This document shows positions 57,378 to 64,000 of a DNA stretch of 64,000 nt, piece after piece. The notes under the pieces are model-generated. The model made no database searches, was not told where the DNA came from, and saw nothing but the letters and a program-made list of their open reading frames with translations. This stretch comes from Minisyncoccota bacterium (lineage in GTDB: Bacteria > Patescibacteriota > Minisyncoccia > UBA6257 > GWB1-50-10). The stretch lies in assembly GCA_041665265.1 (NCBI GenBank), contig JBAYJE010000003.1, positions 1,424-65,423 on the forward strand. Reading direction: 5' to 3'. Within the stretch, counting starts at the first letter, position 1. Each line of letters begins with the position of its first letter. The position numbers were made by a program, and so were the translations under genes.

Positions 57378-57791
57378 ATGGAGCGCGAATACGAAAAACT
57401 TTTTGCCCAGGTAGATCATCAACTTCCTTCGGAAGGATTGGTCGAGCGCATCGTTGCAACAATTGCTCAAAAGGATAAAAAGCGGGCACAAATAAGATTT
57501 ATCTACAGTACTACTATACTTGCCGCATCAGTAATAGCATTTGTTCCTGCTATTCAATATTTAGGAAGTGAAGCTACGCAATCAGGGTTTTTTCAATATA
57601 TTTCACTTATGTTTTCTGACGGAGCACTCCTTGCTACATTTTGGAAAGAATTTAGTTTTTCCCTTGCAGAATCATTCCCGGTATTTGGAACACTCGCCAC
57701 ATTCTCTACCGGTTTCGCATTTCTTTTTGCATTACGAAATATGATTCCTACCTATATAATAAGTCCAAAAATAAAACACCAATTTAATTAA
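57378..57791 (+). CDS. Putative anti-sigma factor (membrane protein encoded directly after the ECF sigma)
   Basis: Start ATG at 57378 overlaps or abuts the sigma stop. There is a cytoplasmic N-terminus and then TM helices. Confidence 0.45.
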   Translation: MEREYEKLFAQVDHQLPSEGLVERIVATIAQKDKKRAQIRFIYSTTILAASVIAFVPAIQYLGSEATQSGFFQYISLMFSDGALLATFWKEFSFSLAESFPVFGTLATFSTGFAFLFALRNMIPTYIISPKIKHQFN

Positions 57792-57795
57792 TACT

Positions 57796-58281
57796 ATGGA
57801 TATAACAAAATGCATTCAGTCAAAAAAGTTTAAGGCTGTGCTCTCGATTGTGGGTATTTTTATCGTGGCTATTCTCATATTCCAAGCTGGCATGTTTATT
57901 GGCTATAAAAAAGCTGCATTCTCCTATGGCTGGGGAGAGCGCTATTACAAGGCATTCGGTGGTCCACGAGGAATGCCCATGATGCAACAATTTCCACGAG
58001 GAGGATTCCCTGATGCCCATGGTGCCTCAGGACGGATACTTCAATTATCACTTCCTACATTCGTGATAGAGGGACGTGATGGTATCGAAAAAGTTGTTGT
58101 AATAAAAGATGATACGATTGTGCGACGTTTTCGAGAAACAATACAAGCCACCGAACTTAAAGTAGGGGATTCTCTCGTAGTAATTGGTGCGCCAAACGAA
58201 CAATCTCAAGTTGAAGCAAAACTTATTCGTTTACTTCCTTCTGATGAAATGAGAGAAATTGAAACACTGAAATCAAGATAA
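57796..58281 (+). CDS. Hypothetical membrane-anchored protein
   Basis: N-terminal TM, a Gly/Pro/Met-rich linker, and a beta-rich C-terminal domain. Confidence 0.45.
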   Translation: MDITKCIQSKKFKAVLSIVGIFIVAILIFQAGMFIGYKKAAFSYGWGERYYKAFGGPRGMPMMQQFPRGGFPDAHGASGRILQLSLPTFVIEGRDGIEKVVVIKDDTIVRRFRETIQATELKVGDSLVVIGAPNEQSQVEAKLIRLLPSDEMREIETLKSR

Positions 58282-58282
58282 T

Positions 58283-59986
58283 ATGAAATTTCCACTAAAG
58301 ACCTTTCTTCATTCCGTATTACATTTTTCATCATTACATAAATTCATTAGCACCGTTGGTATTCTCACCCTTTTAGGGGGAGGGTATTGGTTATTTCATC
58401 AACAGACCATAACAGGAACGAGTTATATCACTGCACAAGTAACGAAGGGTACAATCGTTGTTTCGGTTACAGGAACCGGACAAGTTTCTGCATCCAACCA
58501 AGTTGATGTAAAAGCAAAAGCTTCAGGAAATATTGTATATCTTGGGGTATCAAACGCTCAGGAGGTGAGAGCGGGGACACTTATTGCGCAGGTTGATACA
58601 CGCGACGCTCTACAGGCAGTAAAAGATGCTGAGGTGAACTTAAGTCAGGTGAAACTAACCTTAGAAAAAATGAAAGGGCTTACCACCTCCGATGGAACAC
58701 TGCGCGGATCAAAAGAAAAAAATGCGGATGATTTAAAAAAGGCATACGAGGATGGATTTAATACAGTAGTAAATACATTCCTCCAACTTCCAGACATTAT
58801 GACCGGCCTTCAAGATATGCTCTATTCCAGTACAATGGGAATAAGTGGACAATGGAATATTGATTACTATCTTAATGCTATTTCTCAATATGAATTAAGA
58901 GCTCTTCAATTTAAAAATGACACGACAGTAGCCTATGAAGCAGCCAGAAAGGCATACGATAAAAATCTCTCCGACTATAAAGCTTCCTCTCGTTTTTCTA
59001 CTACAAATGAAATAGAACAACTCATTAATCAGACGTACGAAACCACAAGACTTATTGCGGAGTCGGTAAAGAATTACAACAATCTTATCCAGCTATATAA
59101 AGATACACTCGTAGGAAGAAATATTAGAACGTCAACAATTGCAGACACTCATCTTTCTCAGTTAAGCTCTTATACAAGCAAGACAAACACACAACTCTCA
59201 AATCTCCTTTCTATAAAGAATGCAATCCAGAGCGGAAAAGAAACTTCTATAACGGTTGCATTTGATATAGCTGATCAAGAAATACGGGTAACACAAGCTG
59301 AAAATACACTTACAAATGCAAAAGAAAGACTTGCTGACTGTTATGTATACGCGCCCTTCAGTGGTATTGTGGCAAAATTGAATGTTGAAAAAGGAGACGA
59401 TATTTCTTCAGGTGGTTCGATTGCAACCTTCATTACTAAACAAAGACTCGCACAGATAACATTAAATGAGGTTGATATTGCAAAAGTAAAAGTTGGACAG
59501 AAAGCGACACTTACCTTCGATGCAGTTTCTGATTTAAGCATTGTAGGAAAGGTAACTAACATTGATACATTGGGAACGGCGACACAAGGAGTGGTTAACT
59601 ATGCAGTACAAGTAGGTTTTGATACAGAAACCGATACTCGTGTAAAACCTGGAATGAGCGTAAGTACTTCTATTATTACTGATGTAAAACAAGACGTGCT
59701 TGTAGTGCCCAATAGCGCAATTAAAGTTCGTGATACTGAGTATTATGTAGATACACTCAACATACAAAGCGCAGGCACTCAAGGAATTGCTTCTTCTATT
59801 CCTCCAACTGGAAAAATAGTAGTAATTGGTATTGCAAATGATACGGAGACGGAAATTATCTCTGGATTAAGCGAAGGAGAAAATGTAGTGACGCGTACAA
59901 TAACTGCTCAGACAACAGCCACACAAGCAACAGCACCAAGTCTCTTTGGAGGTGGCGGTGGGGTGCGTATCCAACGCGGAAATTAA
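58283..59986 (+). CDS. Efflux periplasmic adaptor (HlyD/MacA-family membrane fusion protein)
   Basis: N-terminal TM, a long coiled coil, and the lipoyl-like 'YVYAPFSGIVAKLNVEKGD'. Confidence 0.75.
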   Translation: MKFPLKTFLHSVLHFSSLHKFISTVGILTLLGGGYWLFHQQTITGTSYITAQVTKGTIVVSVTGTGQVSASNQVDVKAKASGNIVYLGVSNAQEVRAGTLIAQVDTRDALQAVKDAEVNLSQVKLTLEKMKGLTTSDGTLRGSKEKNADDLKKAYEDGFNTVVNTFLQLPDIMTGLQDMLYSSTMGISGQWNIDYYLNAISQYELRALQFKNDTTVAYEAARKAYDKNLSDYKASSRFSTTNEIEQLINQTYETTRLIAESVKNYNNLIQLYKDTLVGRNIRTSTIADTHLSQLSSYTSKTNTQLSNLLSIKNAIQSGKETSITVAFDIADQEIRVTQAENTLTNAKERLADCYVYAPFSGIVAKLNVEKGDDISSGGSIATFITKQRLAQITLNEVDIAKVKVGQKATLTFDAVSDLSIVGKVTNIDTLGTATQGVVNYAVQVGFDTETDTRVKPGMSVSTSIITDVKQDVLVVPNSAIKVRDTEYYVDTLNIQSAGTQGIASSIPPTGKIVVIGIANDTETEIISGLSEGENVVTRTITAQTTATQATAPSLFGGGGGVRIQRGN

Positions 59987-59988
59987 TT

Positions 59989-60702
59989 ATGATTGAAATT
60001 CATAACGTTAAAAAAACATACCGAAGTGGTGATGTTGAAACGCACGCATTGCGTGGGGTAACGTTTACCATTCGCGATGGGGAATTCGTTGCTATCATGG
60101 GCCCCTCTGGTTCTGGAAAATCAACACTCATGCATCTTTTAGGAGCACTTGATACTCCTACGAGTGGAAAATTTATTCTTGATGGAAAAGATGTCTCAAA
60201 ACTTTCAGACGATGAGCTTGCGGATATCCGTCGCGACAAAATAGGATTTGTATTTCAATCTTTTAATCTTCTTCCTCGTGCAACCGTATTACGCAATGTT
60301 ATGCTCCCACTTGTATATGCGGGTATTCACACAGAAAAACGCGAAAAAATAGCTCGTGAAGCACTTCGTAATGTGGGCCTCAACGAAGAACATTTTACTC
60401 ATCGTTCAAATCAACTTTCCGGAGGACAGGTACAACGCGTTGCAATTGCGCGCGCGCTTGTGAATAATCCGACTCTCATCCTTGCCGATGAGCCCACAGG
60501 AAACCTTGATACAAAAACTGGTGAGATTGTTATCGATACCTTTCAAAAACTAAACATGAACCAAGGGCGAACTATTGTGCTTATTACCCACGAACCTGAT
60601 GTTGCTGCTCACGCAGAACGGATTATCTACATACGCGACGGACTTATTACCGAAGATAAAAAAGTAATAAATCGAAGAATTCTCCACCATGAACATAACT
60701 GA
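59989..60702 (+). CDS. ABC transporter ATP-binding protein (MacB/LolD type)
   Basis: '[15 protein letters not shown]', '[15 protein letters not shown]', '[10 protein letters not shown]'. Confidence 0.9.
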   Translation: MIEIHNVKKTYRSGDVETHALRGVTFTIRDGEFVAIMGPSGSGKSTLMHLLGALDTPTSGKFILDGKDVSKLSDDELADIRRDKIGFVFQSFNLLPRATVLRNVMLPLVYAGIHTEKREKIAREALRNVGLNEEHFTHRSNQLSGGQVQRVAIARALVNNPTLILADEPTGNLDTKTGEIVIDTFQKLNMNQGRTIVLITHEPDVAAHAERIIYIRDGLITEDKKVINRRILHHEHN

Positions 60703-61912
60703 TACATTTCAAGAAACATACGAAGCACTCTCAGGAAATAAAGTGCGTTCTGGGCTTACTATGCTTGGGATTATTATTGGCATTGGTTCTGTTATAGCCA
60801 TGGTTTCTATCGGACAAGGTGCTCAAGGAACGATTGAATCAAATATCCAATCGATCGGCTCAAATCTAATTATGATAATGCCTGGTGCTCAGCGTGGAGT
60901 AGGAATGCAGGTAAGTCAAGGTCGTGGTTCGGCACGTTCTTTAGTACGGGCCGACGCAAGTGCTCTTATAGCAGAAATTCCTGGCATAAAAGCAGTTGCT
61001 CCAGAACTTTCATCGCGCTATCAAATAACAAGTCGTGGGAAAAATACTAATACACAAGTAGTCGGCACAACTCCTCAATATCCCGACGTACGTAATATAC
61101 AGATTGATAATGGTTCATTTATTTCTGATCAACAGGTGCTTGGATCATCAAAGGTAGCAGTACTTGGACCAACCGCAAGTCTCGATCTTTTTGGTGAGGG
61201 AGTTGACCCAATTGGTCAAACCATCCGCATAAAGCAAATTGAATTCAAAGTAATCGGTGTCATAAAAGCGAAAGGAGGCTCAGGATTTGGAAGTCAGGAC
61301 GATATGATTTTTGTGCCCTTAACTACTGCACAACGATTTCTTGCAGGAGATGAGTATTTAAGTACCATCAGTGTCCAAGCAGAGAATGCGAGTGTCATGA
61401 CAGAGATACAGGAACAAATTACAACTCTATTATTAGAGCGTCACCATATCACCGACCCACTTCTTGCTGATTTTAATACTTTGAACCAAGCCGACATCGT
61501 TGCTACCGCATCAAGCATTACTCAAACATTTACTATTCTTCTTGCGGCAGTTGCAGGTATCTCTCTTATTGTCGGTGGAATCGGCATTATGAATATGATG
61601 CTCACTACAGTCACCGAACGCACAAGGGAAATAGGTCTTCGAAAAGCGATTGGCGCAAAAAAAAGAGATATTAGCATTCAATTTCTTGCGGAATCAATAG
61701 CACTTACTTTTCTTGGAGGGGTTCTCGGTATTGTGTTGGGATGGCTTGTTGCGTTTGGATTCACCTATTTTGGTGTTATTCAGACAAAGGTCGCAGTCTC
61801 ATCAGTTCTTCTTGCATTTGGAGTATCAACACTTATTGGTATTATCTTCGGTTATTATCCATCCCGTCGCGCAGCAGGACTTAATCCAATCGAGGCATTA
61901 CGATACGAGTAA
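60689..61912 (+). CDS. ABC transporter permease (FtsX/MacB-type, 4 TM with a large periplasmic loop)
   Basis: The architecture and its position next to the MacB-type ATPase. Confidence 0.8.
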   Translation: MNITDTFQETYEALSGNKVRSGLTMLGIIIGIGSVIAMVSIGQGAQGTIESNIQSIGSNLIMIMPGAQRGVGMQVSQGRGSARSLVRADASALIAEIPGIKAVAPELSSRYQITSRGKNTNTQVVGTTPQYPDVRNIQIDNGSFISDQQVLGSSKVAVLGPTASLDLFGEGVDPIGQTIRIKQIEFKVIGVIKAKGGSGFGSQDDMIFVPLTTAQRFLAGDEYLSTISVQAENASVMTEIQEQITTLLLERHHITDPLLADFNTLNQADIVATASSITQTFTILLAAVAGISLIVGGIGIMNMMLTTVTERTREIGLRKAIGAKKRDISIQFLAESIALTFLGGVLGIVLGWLVAFGFTYFGVIQTKVAVSSVLLAFGVSTLIGIIFGYYPSRRAAGLNPIEALRYE

Positions 61913-61945
61913 CATAGACAATTATACGAGCAACAAAAATATACT

Positions 61946-62383
61946 ATGCACACAACAACAAAAAAGAAATCAATGATTGGAATAAGCGCAGCAATTCTTA
62001 TAATCATTTCATTTTACGGAGGTACACAATATCAAAAATCAACACCTCAAAGTAAAGGTGGGTTTAACGCATTTCAAAATTTTTCAACAGGAAGCCAAAA
62101 TGGGGGAGCGGCTCGTCGCGGAGGAATGTTTGGCGCAAATGGTGCAAGTGGAGAAATAATAAGCAAAGATAATACAAGTATTACTATAAAGCTTACAACT
62201 GGAGGATCAAAAATCGTTTTCTTCTCTTCTTCTACGCGAATCTCAAAATTAACCGATGGATCTATAAATGATTTAATAGTAGGCACACAAATAATGGCAA
62301 ATGGTTCGCCAAATAAAGATGGGAGTGTTACCGCTCAAACAGTGCAGATACATCCACAAGGAACATTGCAAAATACACGCTAA
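61946..62383 (+). CDS. Hypothetical membrane-anchored protein, architecturally similar to 57796-58281
   Basis: N-terminal TM, a Gly-rich linker, and the C-terminal 'ITIKLTTGGSKIVFF...VGTQIMANGSPNKDGSVTAQTVQI'. Confidence 0.45.
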   Translation: MHTTTKKKSMIGISAAILIIISFYGGTQYQKSTPQSKGGFNAFQNFSTGSQNGGAARRGGMFGANGASGEIISKDNTSITIKLTTGGSKIVFFSSSTRISKLTDGSINDLIVGTQIMANGSPNKDGSVTAQTVQIHPQGTLQNTR

Positions 62384-62385
62384 AC

Positions 62386-62412
62386 AAAAACCCCGCATCA
62401 TGCGGGGTTTTT
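62386..62412. terminator. Bidirectional intrinsic terminator
   Basis: AAAACCCCGCATCATGCGGGGTTTTT. Confidence 0.75.
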
Positions 62413-62430
62413 ACTAGCTCACATACTACT

Positions 62431-62844
62431 TTAAACTATCTCTTCTTTTGGTTTTTTTAAAAATGTATCGTAACTCCATAAATCGGGACCAAAGAAAAAG
62501 ACGGCAAGGGTTGCAATCGCGATTCCATAATCACGCACACCAATTGCGTTATAACCCACTACAAGAGTGATATCCAACATATGAACTGCCAGAAGAAATG
62601 CACTCACTCTCGTAAAAAATCCGAAAAGAAGTGCTAAGCCAAATACTATTTCAAATGCGCCATTACAATACACAAGCGTTTGAGCACTCACAGGGGAAAG
62701 TGCCACAATTGATTTCGGAATATAACTCACCCACATAAGAGGGGAGATAAGCTGCTGTAAACCAAACCACAAATACACAACGGTTATTCCAATACGAAGA
62801 AATGCGGGAGCAATAAGTGGAAATCGATTTATAAAATTATTCAT
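62431..62844 (-). CDS. DoxX-family membrane protein
   Basis: Four hydrophobic helices with the DoxX-like 'GLQQLISPL...AFEIVFGLALLFGFFTR'. Confidence 0.55.
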   Translation of the reverse strand: MNNFINRFPLIAPAFLRIGITVVYLWFGLQQLISPLMWVSYIPKSIVALSPVSAQTLVYCNGAFEIVFGLALLFGFFTRVSAFLLAVHMLDITLVVGYNAIGVRDYGIAIATLAVFFFGPDLWSYDTFLKKPKEEIV

Positions 62845-62850
62845 ACTCTT

Positions 62851-63273
62851 TTATTTAAGAATACCAATTTTAAGAGAAGCAAGTTCGCGCTCCGGACTTC
62901 GATTTCCTCCATGCTGATCAACAAACGATGCGGTGCTATCATTTCCACACATACTAATAATAGCATCGGAACCTCCGGGGTGCTGATTAATCCATTCAGT
63001 AAGATTATACACTCCACCACGCACCACACTCCAACAATCCTGACTATTATTATGCTTTGCCACTTCTGCTGCAGAATAGCCCTTTTCTCCCGAAGAAACG
63101 GGTGCCTTTGTAGGAACTTCCTGACCTCCATTTAGACTTGAAGTTGCGGTTTGTTGTATTGCTGGCCGTCCTACCGTGATTTGTATATTAACCTGGCTCC
63201 TCACAAATACGATGCCAACAATGATAAGTCCTGCGATACCGAGAAATATAATTGTAGAAATTATTTTATTCAT
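62851..63273 (-). CDS. Membrane-anchored cytochrome b5-like heme-binding domain protein
   Basis: 'YSAAEVAKHNNSQDCWSVVRGGVYNLTEWINQHPGGSDAIISMCGNDSTASFVDQH' includes the HPGG motif. Confidence 0.65.
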   Translation of the reverse strand: MNKIISTIIFLGIAGLIIVGIVFVRSQVNIQITVGRPAIQQTATSSLNGGQEVPTKAPVSSGEKGYSAAEVAKHNNSQDCWSVVRGGVYNLTEWINQHPGGSDAIISMCGNDSTASFVDQHGGNRSPERELASLKIGILK

Positions 63274-63349
63274 ATGATGTAGTAATTATACTATGCTCCA
63301 ATAAAAAATAAAATTTTACCCCCAACAATTTGCTGAGGGTAAAAATATA

Positions 63350-63544
63350 TTATTTCTTCATTTTTCTTTTCTTTCCTGGAATCCATTCCCAGAAAACCGT
63401 TGAATTGCGTTTCCTGAAATCCTTCTCCTTTTTTGCACATCCTGCACAAAATGGATGATTCCCTGCAAACTGGGTATGACGAATCCATGTCGCGTTTTCA
63501 TCACATCCGCTGCACTTTTTTACTTCTTGCTGCTGTTTTGTCAT
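63350..63544 (-). CDS. Small zinc-ribbon protein (CxxC ... CxxC)
   Basis: 'KCSGCDENATWIRHTQFAGNHPFCAGCAKKEK'. Confidence 0.4.
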   Translation of the reverse strand: MTKQQQEVKKCSGCDENATWIRHTQFAGNHPFCAGCAKKEKDFRKRNSTVFWEWIPGKKRKMKK

Positions 63545-63687
63545 AACGCCTCCAATAAGTAATAGGTTCTCGCACTAGATTACCCTTATTGCTACCACTT
63601 TTCAAATACAAAATTTTATTGGCGAAAAACACATATAAATTGTATAACTAGATTAGTATTCATTTACAAGAAAAGGAGGTACATCAC

Positions 63688-63939
63688 ATGCTTCTCAAAT
63701 CACGCTGTATTATTGCTTGGATATTTAGCATAGTAGGAATGATCATCAGTTTGGGTGGAATAGTCTGCCCAATTTGGCTTGCGTATGCTCATGAAGACGT
63801 TTTCATCGAAGTCTTTCAAAATCCGATAGCCGCGTTCGGCCTCATCGTTTCGTTCCCAGTTATTGGAATCATTGTCCACGGAATAGGGAGGGTCTTAACC
63901 ATAACCGGCTTTAGTGAGATTCCACGATGGAAAAAATAA
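63688..63939 (+). CDS. Small 2-TM membrane protein
   Basis: RBS AAAAGGAGG upstream, and two hydrophobic helices. Confidence 0.45.
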   Translation: MLLKSRCIIAWIFSIVGMIISLGGIVCPIWLAYAHEDVFIEVFQNPIAAFGLIVSFPVIGIIVHGIGRVLTITGFSEIPRWKK

Positions 63940-64000
63940 TCTGCAATACACAAACCCCGATATTCTTGGGGTTTTTATTTATACTAAACATATATAAAAC

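Noticed and set aside
1-64000. Possibility of an alternative genetic code (UGA recoding, as in some CPR lineages)
   Set aside because: Long uninterrupted ORFs (topA, copA, the 1248-aa protein) and clear TGA stops (for example the recombinase ends ...CAAGATTGA) show that the standard code 11 is in use.

Overview
This is a 64-kb, gene-dense bacterial window of about 40% GC that uses the standard code (TGA serves as a stop). Most of it is translation and RNA-modification housekeeping: def-fmt, rplI, rpmA, rplS, hisS, lepA, topA, dprA, rmuC, truB, rsmE, rsmI, a Dus, RluA- and RsuA-family synthases, and a DEAD-box helicase. There are many small membrane proteins, a cell-envelope glycosylation locus (sugar transferase, two GT4s, a DUF4012 protein), a copper-homeostasis cluster (csoR-copA-HMA::DsbD_2), an ECF sigma/anti-sigma pair next to a MacAB-type efflux module, and five tRNAs (Gln-CTG, Leu-GAG, Ile-GAT, Ala-TGC, Gly-CCC). 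The gene content and its style (DUF4012, a giant repetitive surface protein, very few metabolic genes) suggest a Patescibacteria/CPR-like organism, but that is inference. The accessory and unusual parts are: (i) at the 5' end, a low-GC defence-type segment with a KAP-like P-loop NTPase carrying an N-terminal 3-TM module, divergently transcribed from a small HTH gene, a putative Type II endonuclease and a beta-class DNA methyltransferase; (ii) a structured, terminator-bearing noncoding stretch, followed by a GC-richer (~50%) mini integrative element (SpoVG-like, wHTH, membrane-anchored protein, large serine recombinase) abutting and overlapping the 3' end of tRNA-Gln; (iii) an 85-bp tandem duplication of the tRNA-Leu 3' end plus terminator; (iv) a low-GC islet beside tRNA-Ile/tRNA-Ala that encodes zinc-ribbon proteins, an Mrr-cat (PD-(D/E)xK) nuclease and an ASCH/DUF3850 protein, which is a candidate modification-dependent restriction or new defence module; and (v) a 1248-aa membrane/surface protein with three ~240-aa internal repeats, two of them near-identical at the DNA level, driven by a consensus promoter. 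All coordinates and calls come from reading the sequence and the ORF track. No database searches were run.
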